A stretch of DNA of 61,332 bases, counting the filler. It is 6 parts of 6 records of this genome, joined end to end, with 100 filler letters (N's around TTAATTAATTAA, not from the genome) between each part and the next. Parts side by side here need not be neighbours in the genome. Positions count along the whole stretch, not along the records: positions 37,834 to 61,332 come from SRR31156797_2696; 5 more parts are not named here. One strand, 5' to 3'. The notes beneath the pieces were generated by a model, which saw only the letters and a list, made by a program, of their open reading frames with translations, did no database searches and had not been told where the DNA came from. Positions within the stretch are counted from its first letter, which is position 1; every line of letters starts with the position of its first letter. Of this stretch, positions 50,734 to 60,752 are shown piece after piece. Made by a program: the position numbers and the translations under genes.

Positions 50734-51564
50734 ATGAAACAATCACAAAAAGCAAAAATGGAAACTTTTTCTATTCATCTTTTATTAATTATTGGATCTT
50801 TAATAATGATAATACCATTTTTTTGGATGTTGATTACATCGTTTAAGACGATTAGCGAATCAGTACAAATACCACCAACATTTTATCCTAATAACTTTAT
50901 AACAGATAATTATAAAAATGTATTAAATTTACTACCTTTTGTAACATTTTATTTTAATACTTTTATAATGATTTTAATTAGGGTTTTAACATCGGGATTA
51001 TTTTCTGCAATGGCGGCATATGCTTTTGCTAGAATTAAATTTCCCGGAAGAGACTTTTTATTTATGTTTGTTTTGATACAAATGATGGTACCTGGACAGA
51101 TATTTATTATTCCACAATACCTTATGGTGCAAAAATTAGGTTGGTTAAATAGCGTACCAGCTCTTATTTTTCCTGGAGTTGTAAGTGCATTTGGAACATT
51201 TTTATTAAGACAATTTTTCATGGGAATACCAAAGGAAATAGAGGAGGCGGCAACACTTGATGGTGCAAATAGATTACAAATATTTTGGCATATTATGCTT
51301 CCTTTAGCTAAATCAGGATTGATATCGCTTAGTATTTTCACTGCACTTTTTGCATGGAAAGATTTAATGTGGCCACTTATTGTAAATATGGATTTGGCAA
51401 AAATGACATTATCAGCAGGGCTAGCTTCTTTGATTGGTCAATTTACTACAGACTATCCAGTGTTAATGGCTGGTTCAGTAATAGCAATTATTCCAATGAT
51501 TATTGTATTTGTATTATTTCAAAAACAATTTATAAGCGGAATTGCTGTAACAGGAGGAAAATAA
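50734..51564 (+). CDS. Sugar ABC permease
   Basis: IEEAATLDGA EAA motif. Confidence 0.92.
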   Translation: MKQSQKAKMETFSIHLLLIIGSLIMIIPFFWMLITSFKTISESVQIPPTFYPNNFITDNYKNVLNLLPFVTFYFNTFIMILIRVLTSGLFSAMAAYAFARIKFPGRDFLFMFVLIQMMVPGQIFIIPQYLMVQKLGWLNSVPALIFPGVVSAFGTFLLRQFFMGIPKEIEEAATLDGANRLQIFWHIMLPLAKSGLISLSIFTALFAWKDLMWPLIVNMDLAKMTLSAGLASLIGQFTTDYPVLMAGSVIAIIPMIIVFVLFQKQFISGIAVTGGK

Positions 51565-51613
51565 AAGCACAAATTAGAAAAATTCTAATATAAAAACATA
51601 AAAGGAGGACATC

Positions 51614-52948
51614 ATGGTAAAAATTACTTTTCTTGGAGCAGGGAGTACTATATTTGCAAAAAATGTATTAGGAGACTGCTTAACAACAGAAATACTTCGG
51701 GATTCAGAAATAGTACTATATGATATTGATGATGAAAGGCTTGAAGAATCCAAATTAATGCTTGATAATATTAACCAAAATATGAATAATGGAAGAGCTA
51801 AAATAAAAACTTATTTAGGAGTTAAAAATCGAAAAAAAGCTCTAAAGGATTCAAAATATGTAATAAATGCTATTCAAGTTGGAGGATATGAACCGAGTAC
51901 TGTGATAGATTTTGAAATACCAAAAAAATATGGATTGAAGCAAACAATTGGAGACACACTTGGTATAGGAGGAATATTTAGAGCACTTAGGACAATTCCT
52001 GTACTGTATGATATTGCAAATGATATGAAAGAAGTGTGTCCTGAAGCTTGGTTTTTAAATTATACAAATCCTATGGCAATATTAACGGGAGCCTTGCTTG
52101 CAAAAGGTATAAAAACAGTTGGTCTTTGTCACTCAGTACAGGTTTGTGCAGAGGAACTGTTGACGGGAGTAGGGTTAAAATACGAGGAAAAAGATCTGCA
52201 ATGGAAGATCGCAGGTATAAATCATCAAGCTTGGCTTCTTGAAATAACTAATAGAGAAAAAGATATTTATCCTGAAATTAAAGAAATTGCTGAGAAAAAA
52301 AATAAAAAAGCTAGAAATGGTGAAATTGAGAAACATGGTGATATGATAAGATTTGAAATCATGAAACAATTTGGATTTTATACAACGGAGTCATCAGAGC
52401 ATAATGCTGAATATATGCCATACTTCATAAAAGATAAATACCCTAATTTAATTGATGAGTTTAATATTCCAATTGATGAATACCCTAGAAGATGTGTTAA
52501 GCAAATAGAAGATTGGAAAAAACAGAAAAAAAATATTGTGGAAAACAATAACTTAACCCATGAAAGAACTCATGAATATGGTTCATATATTATTGAGGCA
52601 ATGGAAAGTGGAATACCTCATCAAATAAATGGAAATGTACTTAATAATAACCTTATAACAAATCTTCCTTCGAATAGTGTTGTTGAAGTGTCGTGCTTAG
52701 TAGATAAAAATGGAATTCAACCTACATACTACGGAGAACTTCCAGAGCAATGTGCTGCATTAAATAGAACAAATATCAATGTACAACTTTTGACAATTAA
52801 AGCTGCAGAAACATTAAAGAAAAGTTATATTTATCAAGCTGCAATGCTTGATCCACATACTTCAAGTGAACTTAGTATAGATGATATTGTTAATCTATGT
52901 GACGAGCTAATTGAAGCTCATGGAGATATGCTTCCTGAATATAATTAA
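51614..52948 (+). CDS. melA: GH4 alpha-galactosidase/alpha-glucosidase
   Basis: KITFLGAGSTIF, QTIGDTLGIGG, NYTNPMA, GLCHSVQ, TESSEHNAEY. Confidence 0.88.
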   Translation: MVKITFLGAGSTIFAKNVLGDCLTTEILRDSEIVLYDIDDERLEESKLMLDNINQNMNNGRAKIKTYLGVKNRKKALKDSKYVINAIQVGGYEPSTVIDFEIPKKYGLKQTIGDTLGIGGIFRALRTIPVLYDIANDMKEVCPEAWFLNYTNPMAILTGALLAKGIKTVGLCHSVQVCAEELLTGVGLKYEEKDLQWKIAGINHQAWLLEITNREKDIYPEIKEIAEKKNKKARNGEIEKHGDMIRFEIMKQFGFYTTESSEHNAEYMPYFIKDKYPNLIDEFNIPIDEYPRRCVKQIEDWKKQKKNIVENNNLTHERTHEYGSYIIEAMESGIPHQINGNVLNNNLITNLPSNSVVEVSCLVDKNGIQPTYYGELPEQCAALNRTNINVQLLTIKAAETLKKSYIYQAAMLDPHTSSELSIDDIVNLCDELIEAHGDMLPEYN

Positions 52949-53045
52949 GCATTATGACAACTTTATTTCACATAATATTGACACTTTAGCTAAGAGTATG
53001 CTATTTTATAAAATAAAGACCAATATATAAAGAGAGGTTCTAATT

Positions 53046-54104
53046 ATGAATAGTGAAGATATAGCTAAACTGGCGGGGGTTTCTAGAGGGACTGTTTCAA
53101 GAGTTCTAAACAATAAGCCCGATGTTGCAGAAAAAACGCGAAAAAAAATTAAAAGAATAATAGATGAATATGGATATACTCCAAACTCATCAGCTCAAAA
53201 GTTAGCGGGTAAAAAACTAAAAATACTAGGTTTTTTTATGGCTGATTTTAATCCAAGTAGAGATAAGAATATTCTTAAACTTTGGTCACATGAAACGCCA
53301 CACTTTATAAGGTTTGTTACAAGTTTAATAGGAGAGGCTAAACAATTTGATTATAAAACAATGTTGGATATTGTAGTATCAAATGAAGAGTGTAATAACT
53401 TTGAATCATATTTTAGTAGTGGTAGCGTTTCAGGAGGGATATTTATGGGGTTTGAGAAAGATAACAAGCAAATTCAAACTTTAATAGAAAAGGGGTATAA
53501 TGTTGCTTTAGTTGATCAAAAGAATATTCATTCAAATGATAGAAATCTCATACTTGCAAATGCAGATGATGAAAAGGGGGGGTTTTTAGCAACAGAATAC
53601 TTAATAAAGAATGGTCACACAAAAATAGCACATTTTCACGGATACACAAAAATTGTTTCTGCTGAATTAAGAATAAACGGATATAAGAAGGCTTTAAAGC
53701 AATATGGAATACAAGAAAACCCTGATTATTTAATAGATGGACATTATGATGAATACTATACTTATCTTGCAACAAAAAAATTTTTAAAAGAGCATAAAAA
53801 TAATTTGCCTACAGCAATTTTTTTTGCAAATGATATAATGACTGTTGGAGGAATAAAAGCAATACGAGAAGCGGGGTTAAAAATAAAAAAAGATATATCA
53901 ATTATTGGGTATGATAACTATCAATTTGCAGATAGCTTTGATATGAATTTTTCTTCAGTTGATGTTGATTTAAAAGAAATGGCAAAATTCTCTATTAATA
54001 ATCTGATTAAATGCATTAATAACGAAAGACATAGTAAGCAGTTTATTGCGAATGTTAAAGTTATTGAAAGAGATAGTGTAAAAAATTTAAATGAGAAAAA
54101 TTGA
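53046..54104 (+). CDS. LacI-family regulator
   Basis: DIAKLAGVSRGTVSRVLN, YTPN, FFANDIM, IIGYDN. Confidence 0.93.
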   Translation: MNSEDIAKLAGVSRGTVSRVLNNKPDVAEKTRKKIKRIIDEYGYTPNSSAQKLAGKKLKILGFFMADFNPSRDKNILKLWSHETPHFIRFVTSLIGEAKQFDYKTMLDIVVSNEECNNFESYFSSGSVSGGIFMGFEKDNKQIQTLIEKGYNVALVDQKNIHSNDRNLILANADDEKGGFLATEYLIKNGHTKIAHFHGYTKIVSAELRINGYKKALKQYGIQENPDYLIDGHYDEYYTYLATKKFLKEHKNNLPTAIFFANDIMTVGGIKAIREAGLKIKKDISIIGYDNYQFADSFDMNFSSVDVDLKEMAKFSINNLIKCINNERHSKQFIANVKVIERDSVKNLNEKN

Positions 54105-54136
54105 TATTAGCCTCTTAATTTATTAAGAGGCTAATA
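54105..54136 (+). terminator. Hairpin after the LacI gene
   Basis: TATTAGCCTCTTAAT-tt-ATTAAGAGGCTAATA. Confidence 0.65.
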
Positions 54137-54148
54137 AATTAAAGATGT

Positions 54149-54164
54149 TCGTACTCGCGAACGA
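54149..54164. promoter_or_regulatory. Third LacI-type operator, next to the GH36 RBS
   Basis: TCGTACTCGCGAACGA matches the CGTWC-N4-GAACG motif at 48263 and 48305. Confidence 0.65.
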
Positions 54165-54174
54165 GAGGAAGAAT

Positions 54175-56448
54175 ATGAATATAATTTATAATGAAATAAC
54201 AAAAGAATTTCACTTATATAATAAAAATATAAGTTATATAATGAAAATATTAAAGAATAATCATGTTGGTCAGATTTATTTTGGAAAAAAAATTAAGCAT
54301 AGAAATGATTTTTCAAATATGAATCAAACTTGGTCAGGAAGAGTTGATATGAGCGCTAATGTGTTTGAAAATGATGAAACATTTTCTTTAGATGTCTCTT
54401 TACAAGAATACCCTTCATATGGGACAAGTGACTTTAGGCAACCAGCTATTCAACTAATGCAAGAAAATGGAAGTAGAATTTCTGATTTTCAATTTAGAGG
54501 ATATAAGATTATAAAAGGTAAACCTGAATTAGAAGGACTTCCAAGTACATATACTGAGTTTGATGATGAAGCAGAAACTCTAAAAATATATTTAGAGGAT
54601 ACGGTATTAAATGCTGAATTAATACTTTCATATACTATTTTTAAAGATTATAATGCAATTACAAAAAACGTAAAAATAGTGAATAAGGGTAATCAAAAGC
54701 TAAAAATATTAAGAGCTTTGAGTCTTTGTCAGGATTTTTCTGATTGTGATTTTGAAATGATGCATTTATCAGGAAATTGGATTAGAGAAAGAGATGTAAA
54801 GTTTAGAAAATTAGAACATGGTGTACAGGAAATATATAGTGCGAGAGGGGCAAGTAGCCACCATCATAATCCTTTTATTGGATTAAAAAGGCCAGAAACA
54901 ACAGAGCAATTAGGTGAGATATATGGATTTAGTTTTGTGTATAGTGGAAATTTTATTGCACAGGTAGAAGTGGATCATTTTGACGTTTCAAGAGTACTTA
55001 TGGGGATAAATCCTTTTGATTTCTCATGGAACTTGGGAAAAGAAGAAAGTTTTCAGACTCCAGAAGTTGTAGCAGTTTATTCCAATAAAGGAATAAACGG
55101 TATGAGTAGTACATATCATGAATTATATAAAAATAGATTGTGCCGTGGGGAATGGAGAGATAAAGATCGACCAGTGCTAATAAATAATTGGGAAGCAACA
55201 TACTTTGATTTTGATGAAGGAAAAATTATTGAAATAGCAAAGTCCGCAAAAGAATTGGATATAGAGTTATTTGTTCTTGATGATGGATGGTTCGGAAAGA
55301 GAGATGACGACTATAGTGGTTTAGGAGATTGGTATACAAATGTCAATAAGCTACCGAATGGAATAGAAGGATTAGCAAATAAAATTAATGATATTGGAAT
55401 GCAGTTTGGATTATGGTTTGAACCTGAGATGGTTAATGAAGATAGTGACTTATTTAGAAAGCATCCTGAGTGGATTATTCAAGTTCCAGATAGAAAAAAT
55501 TCATTAGGAAGAAATCAATTTGTACTTGATTTTTCACGAGAAGATGTAAGGTATCATATACATAATATGTTGGCAAAGATTTTAAAAAAGGCACCAATTT
55601 CATATGTAAAATGGGATATGAATAGAAATATGACTGAAATTGGATCAGCGAAATTAAATCCTGAAAAACAACAAGAAACAGCTCATAGATATATACTAGG
55701 TCTTTATGAAATGCTTGAAAGTTTGAATAATGAATTTCCTCATGTTTTATTTGAATCTTGTGCTAGTGGAGGAGGAAGATTTGATCCAGGAATGTTGTAT
55801 TATATGCCTCAAACTTGGACGAGTGATAACTCAGATGCGGTTGAGAGATTAAAAATTCAATATGGAACATCAATGGTTTACCCATTGAGTACTATGGGAG
55901 CTCATGTATCTGCTGTACCAAATCATCAAGTTGGAAGAGTTACAAGTTTAGATATGAGGGCAAGTGTTGCTTTATTTGGAGCCTTTGGATATGAATTAGA
56001 TGTAAAAACAATGTCAGTAGAAGAAAAAAAAATAGTTAAAAATCAAATTAAATTTTATAAAAATAATAGAAAACTTCTTAGAACAGGAGATTTTTACAGA
56101 ATATTAAGTCCTTTTGAAAATAATGAAACAGCTTGGATAATAGTTTCAAAAGATAAATCTGAGGCAATACTTGCTTATTACCATGTATTAGGAAAACCAA
56201 ATCCTGGATTTAAAACATTGAAACTAATAGGACTTGACGAAGCAAAGGAATATACAGTAATTGAAAATATTATAGAAAATGAAGAACCTGAACCTAGAAC
56301 ATATTTTGGTGATGAATTAATTTATTCTGGATATAAATTTAAACATGATATTTTTGAGGAAAAGCAACAAAAAAAATCTGAGGAATTTTTAAGGCGAAAA
56401 GGTGACTTTAAAGCAAAATTGATAAAATTTAGTTTAGTAAATAATTAG
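54175..56448 (+). CDS. GH36 alpha-galactosidase
   Basis: NNWEATYF, FVLDDGWFG, YVKWDMNR, SCASGGGRFD, WTSDNSD. ATG 54175 (GAGG upstream) is preferred to 54145. Confidence 0.93.
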   Translation: MNIIYNEITKEFHLYNKNISYIMKILKNNHVGQIYFGKKIKHRNDFSNMNQTWSGRVDMSANVFENDETFSLDVSLQEYPSYGTSDFRQPAIQLMQENGSRISDFQFRGYKIIKGKPELEGLPSTYTEFDDEAETLKIYLEDTVLNAELILSYTIFKDYNAITKNVKIVNKGNQKLKILRALSLCQDFSDCDFEMMHLSGNWIRERDVKFRKLEHGVQEIYSARGASSHHHNPFIGLKRPETTEQLGEIYGFSFVYSGNFIAQVEVDHFDVSRVLMGINPFDFSWNLGKEESFQTPEVVAVYSNKGINGMSSTYHELYKNRLCRGEWRDKDRPVLINNWEATYFDFDEGKIIEIAKSAKELDIELFVLDDGWFGKRDDDYSGLGDWYTNVNKLPNGIEGLANKINDIGMQFGLWFEPEMVNEDSDLFRKHPEWIIQVPDRKNSLGRNQFVLDFSREDVRYHIHNMLAKILKKAPISYVKWDMNRNMTEIGSAKLNPEKQQETAHRYILGLYEMLESLNNEFPHVLFESCASGGGRFDPGMLYYMPQTWTSDNSDAVERLKIQYGTSMVYPLSTMGAHVSAVPNHQVGRVTSLDMRASVALFGAFGYELDVKTMSVEEKKIVKNQIKFYKNNRKLLRTGDFYRILSPFENNETAWIIVSKDKSEAILAYYHVLGKPNPGFKTLKLIGLDEAKEYTVIENIIENEEPEPRTYFGDELIYSGYKFKHDIFEEKQQKKSEEFLRRKGDFKAKLIKFSLVNN

Positions 56449-56463
56449 CGATTTGGAGGTAAA

Positions 56464-56712
56464 TTGATACAAATAATAGGATATTGTGCTGCGGTACTAA
56501 CAACGTTATCGTTTTTACCGCAAGCAATCAAAACAATTAAAGATCAAGATACAAAAGGAATCTCTTTATTAATGTATTTAATGTTTACATCGGGTGTTTT
56601 TTTATGGCTAGTATATGGAGCTATAAAATTGGATATTCCACTAATCGTTGCTAATATTATTACATTTGGTTTTGCATTAATAATATTAATGATGAAAATA
56701 AGATATAAATGA
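56464..56712 (+). CDS. SemiSWEET sugar transporter (second copy)
   Basis: LTTLSFLPQ, TKGIS, LWLVYG, IVAN; GGAGG SD. Confidence 0.9.
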   Translation: MIQIIGYCAAVLTTLSFLPQAIKTIKDQDTKGISLLMYLMFTSGVFLWLVYGAIKLDIPLIVANIITFGFALIILMMKIRYK

Positions 56713-56728
56713 CTTGAGGAGTTGATTA

Positions 56729-58429
56729 ATGAAGATAAGAAATAAGATGGGAATTTGGTGTTTTATTTCGTTTATGTCCTTAATATACTTTGGGATTTTT
56801 AGTATTAATCAGAACAAAAAGCTAAGTGATGAAGTGACTGAATTAGTTAATAAAAGAATCCCAGAAATTATACTACTTGAAGAGTTAGCAATTTCATCTT
56901 CTGAATTTAGGAGATTACAAACAAATTATATTTTTGCAGAGAATGAAATTAACCGAATTAATACACGTAAAAAATTAAAAGAAAAAGTTTCAAAGTTAAA
57001 GCAAAATATAGAGAATTTGAAATTATATACAAAGAACAATAACGTAACTTCTTATAAAAAATTATTAGAATCTTTAGAATTATACTTAAAATTTTATGAG
57101 GAAGTAATGAGTTTACCCTTTAACTCACTTACTAAGAAAGAAATGATAGAGAAATTTGATGAATTAAATTTTAAATATGATATGTTTAATAAAGATTTGT
57201 TTAATTATATAATTAAGGCAAAACATAAAAGTAAAGAAGCTATTACTAGAAGTGAGAAAATATTTATGGATTCTCGTTTTGAAACTATTTTAATAATAAC
57301 ATCAATTTTAATAATAACACTTTTATTCAATTTATTAATTATAAGAAGTATAACTTTGCCAATTAATAAGGCGATTCTTGTATTAAAAGAATTGTCTGAA
57401 GGAGAAGGAGACTTAACTAAAAAATTAAGCTTTAAATCTAAAGATGAAATAGGAGTAATGATTAATTATATTAATATGTTTACTGAAAATCTTGCTTTGA
57501 TAGTATGTAGTATAAAGAAAAATACAATGAAACTTTCGAGTAATAAAAATATACTTAATAGTATAATTGTTGAAGGAGAAGATCAAGTAAAAAATATAAA
57601 GTATCAAAATCTAGAAATAGTAGAAAGTCTTGAAAGTACAAGTGCTGCTACTGAGGAACTAACTTCATCAAATTCTGAAATATTTAGTTCAACAGATAAT
57701 TTAGATGAAAAAATCAACGAGAATAAAAATTATATAAACAACATGGAAAAAGAAACAAAGACTCTTTCGAAAAAGACAGAGGAGTTTTATGAGAAAAAAA
57801 ATATAGCATATTCAAAAAAGCAAGATGAAATTTTATTAGCATTAAAATCCAAAGAAGTGGTTGATGATATTTGGAAAATGGCAGAAGGTATAAATGATAT
57901 TGCAGATCAAACAAATTTATTATCACTAAATGCAGCAATTGAAGCTGCTAGGGCAGGTCAACATGGAAAAGGTTTTGCTGTTGTTGCAGAGGAAATAAGA
58001 AAATTAGCACATAAAACCGGCACAACTGCTCAAAATATTCAAAAGATAGTAGAAAATGTCAAAAAATCTTTTGATGATCTGGCAAGCACTTCAGAAGAGA
58101 CTATTAATTTTACAAAAGTTAATATGGCAGAAGATCATAACAACATGTTAAATATTTCAAACTCTCATATTTTAGATACAAAAAATATTGGAGAAATCAT
58201 TAGCAATATATCATATGAAACGAGTTATATTAAAGTGTCTTTAGGTGAGAATAACAATGCACTATTATCAGTGAATGATAATGTAAGCGAGATATTAATT
58301 AATTCGCATAATATTAGTGAAAAAATAGAATGTATAAATGCCAAATTTAATGAAATAGTAAAATTGTCTGATGAAGAGAGTAGTAATATTGAAGATCTAA
58401 GAGTTTTAGTTTCAAAATTTATAGTATAA
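56729..58429 (+). CDS. Methyl-accepting chemotaxis protein (4HB-like sensor, HAMP, MCP signal domain)
   Basis: Two TM segments, GDLT...[46 protein letters not shown]. Confidence 0.93.
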   Translation: MKIRNKMGIWCFISFMSLIYFGIFSINQNKKLSDEVTELVNKRIPEIILLEELAISSSEFRRLQTNYIFAENEINRINTRKKLKEKVSKLKQNIENLKLYTKNNNVTSYKKLLESLELYLKFYEEVMSLPFNSLTKKEMIEKFDELNFKYDMFNKDLFNYIIKAKHKSKEAITRSEKIFMDSRFETILIITSILIITLLFNLLIIRSITLPINKAILVLKELSEGEGDLTKKLSFKSKDEIGVMINYINMFTENLALIVCSIKKNTMKLSSNKNILNSIIVEGEDQVKNIKYQNLEIVESLESTSAATEELTSSNSEIFSSTDNLDEKINENKNYINNMEKETKTLSKKTEEFYEKKNIAYSKKQDEILLALKSKEVVDDIWKMAEGINDIADQTNLLSLNAAIEAARAGQHGKGFAVVAEEIRKLAHKTGTTAQNIQKIVENVKKSFDDLASTSEETINFTKVNMAEDHNNMLNISNSHILDTKNIGEIISNISYETSYIKVSLGENNNALLSVNDNVSEILINSHNISEKIECINAKFNEIVKLSDEESSNIEDLRVLVSKFIV

Positions 58430-58463
58430 ACAGTAATCACATTATCATATAAAATCCTTTGGT

Positions 58464-58503
58464 AAAAGAGGAGCTTTCACTGGTTATGGAAGCTTCTCTT
58501 TTT
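58464..58503. terminator. Bidirectional terminator
   Basis: AAAAGAGGAGCTTTCA...TGGAAGCTTCTCTTTT between convergent genes. Confidence 0.65.
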
Positions 58504-58525
58504 ACTAAATATAAGAATTTTTTTA

Positions 58526-59299
58526 TTAGTTTTTTATATCTTTATTGTATTCTCCATTTTGAAATTCTTCTAACATTTGATCAAGCTTTCCGCTTTCTTG
58601 TAATTTTTTCAGACCGGAATTAAATTTTTCTAAAAAATATGTTCCCTTTTTTATATTTCTTGAGATTAGAAGATGTAGGTTTAAAGTAGACACAGATTTT
58701 GGATGATGAGTTATTAAATTTTGTTCCGCTTTAGTAAAATTATTTTTTAGTTGGGAATATCCGACGTTTAAATCATTAGGAAAAAGATCTAATCTATCTA
58801 AAATTAATTTATTAAAAGATTGTTCGTCAGTTCTTGTAGTTTCAAGTTGAAGTTTTTCAATTTCGGCAATTTGCTTAAACCCTCCGTAGTCATATCCAAC
58901 TGTCATACCAATTTTATATTTTTTTAAATCATTTAATTCTTTCCAATCAAAATTTAAGTCTTTTCTATGAAAAAAAACTATTTTTGTTTTTATTTTAGGC
59001 AAAGGATCAGAAACTAAAAAACTATTTCTCTTCTCCTCGGATACCCACCATACTGCAGAAGCATCCCATTGAGCGATTCTTACTTCTTCATAAGCTCTAG
59101 ACCAAAGAAAAAATCCCCATTCGACATCAATATTTTCTAATTTAAAAGCTTCAGATACAATATGAGATGCAATACCATAATGTTTTAATGATTTTGATAG
59201 ATATGGCTCCCATTCTCCGTTTGTAATCCGTATTGTTTCAGCGCTAATAAATATATAAAACATAAAAAATATAATCAGAATTTTAGAAATATTATTCAT
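58526..59299 (-). CDS. Orphan SBP_bac_3-like periplasmic binding protein
   Basis: GEWEPY, WSRAY, IGMTVGYDY, FNSGLKKLQESG. Confidence 0.8.
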   Translation of the reverse strand: MNNISKILIIFFMFYIFISAETIRITNGEWEPYLSKSLKHYGIASHIVSEAFKLENIDVEWGFFLWSRAYEEVRIAQWDASAVWWVSEEKRNSFLVSDPLPKIKTKIVFFHRKDLNFDWKELNDLKKYKIGMTVGYDYGGFKQIAEIEKLQLETTRTDEQSFNKLILDRLDLFPNDLNVGYSQLKNNFTKAEQNLITHHPKSVSTLNLHLLISRNIKKGTYFLEKFNSGLKKLQESGKLDQMLEEFQNGEYNKDIKN

Positions 59300-59519
59300 T
59301 TTACTCCACCTTCTATTTTATCCTTTTAATTCATTATACATCATAGAGTTTCGCAAAACAATTTTTAGGATTTAAGTAAATTAAAATCATTAATTTATAT
59401 TCTAAAAAATAGTTATATCAATTCACTTATGATATTAATCTGTATGAAGTCCATTTTCCATTTAAATATCTATAACTAAACAAAAGGGCTTTTATAATCC
59501 AGTCAATAAACATAGCAAG

Positions 59520-59851
59520 TCAAGCGCCAAGTATTCTCAAATTGTGAAATTATACTAAGCACGATGATTCTACCTAAAAAAAATAGTCTACTTTCTACTC
59601 CGTAAGGAACTCCGATCTTTAGAATTTTTTTATCATTTTAAATTCAATTTTTTTATCCATTTTTTATTTATTCAAGCTTAAAGTAATTATAATAAAAGCA
59701 GCTACAATACTTCATATTAGTACTGGTATAGCAACACCCTCTATTCCCACTCTTATTTTTTTGTATTTTGGAAATTAACCTAATTCGTTCGTAATAACGT
59801 AAAATATTTTTTTGATAAATCAAATTTTTTACTAATTTCAGATATTCTCAT
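59520..59851 (-). pseudogene. Decayed MerR-family N-terminus joined to an internal MATE transporter fragment
   Basis: MRISEISKKFDLS(fs)KNILRYYERIRLISKIQKNKSG (MerR HTH), followed in other frames by GIEGVAIPVLI*SIVAAFIII and MIKKILKIGVPYGVES...LGRIIVLSIISQF (MATE-like). Confidence 0.6.
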
Positions 59852-60010
59852 AAAAAACACCTATTAAAAAAGACTACATTATATAAATTTACTCTAAGTT
59901 AATATAAAATTAAAATTAATTAGTAAAAATTATAGATGAAGGCGAGTGGTTTTATTTGACATTTGTGTGTAACGTATATATACTATAAAAAAATACACAG
60001 GAGATTGATT

Positions 60011-60571
60011 ATGAACGTAGAAAAGTTTATGAATTTTATGTCAATTGCAGAAAAATTAAAGTGCAATTTAAGACATTCTTGGACATCGACAAATAGGCAA
60101 GAGAGTGTTGCAGAACATAGTTGGAGATTATGTATGATGGCCTATTTATTAAAAGAAGAGCTTAAGGAATTTGATATGGAGAAAGTTATGCTTATGTGCT
60201 TGGTTCATGATTTGGGAGAAGCAATTACAGGAGATATTCCTGCATTTTATAAAAGTGAGGATGATGAAGAAAGAGAAAAAGAGGGAGTTGCTCAAGTACT
60301 TAGTTTACTAGATGGGAATACTAAAATAGAGTTAGAAAATCTCTTTGTTGAAATGGAAAAGTTAACTACTAAAGAGTCAAGAATTTTTAAGGCTTTAGAT
60401 AAATTAGAGGTTGTCATCCAGCACAATGAAGCTCCTCTTGATTCATGGGTTGAGTTAGAGTATGGTCTTAATCAAACATACGGTGAAACTGAGGCAGATG
60501 AATTTGATATTTTAAAAAAAATAAGAAAAATAGCAAAAGAAGTAAGCCGAGAAAAAATTTCAAACGAGTAA
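60011..60571 (+). CDS. HD-domain phosphohydrolase (YfbR/HDDC2-like)
   Basis: LKCNLRHSW, ESVAEHSWR, LVHDLGEAITGD, DKLE; ATG 60011 with AGGAG upstream. Confidence 0.88.
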   Translation: MNVEKFMNFMSIAEKLKCNLRHSWTSTNRQESVAEHSWRLCMMAYLLKEELKEFDMEKVMLMCLVHDLGEAITGDIPAFYKSEDDEEREKEGVAQVLSLLDGNTKIELENLFVEMEKLTTKESRIFKALDKLEVVIQHNEAPLDSWVELEYGLNQTYGETEADEFDILKKIRKIAKEVSREKISNE

Positions 60572-60691
60572 ATTTTAAAATGCTATAGACAGTTAAAAAA
60601 GTTGCTAAAAGTGCAAATGAAAATATTAAGGATGGCTTTATAGATTTAACTTTATAAGTTTATCTTATTTTATGAAGGGGTGGAGTGAAAA

Positions 60692-60722
60692 ACAGCTTTC
60701 TAAAAATATATTAGAAAGCTGT
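60692..60722. terminator. Terminator between the convergent HD and transketolase genes
   Basis: ACAGCTTTCTAA-7 nt-TTAGAAAGCTGT. Confidence 0.65.
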
Positions 60723-60752
60723 CGTTAAAAATGTTAAGTTATTTAATTGAAA

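Noticed and set aside
54145-54174. Upstream ATG start for GH36 (MFVLANERK)
   Set aside because: It runs through the operator and lacks an SD; ATG 54175 has one.
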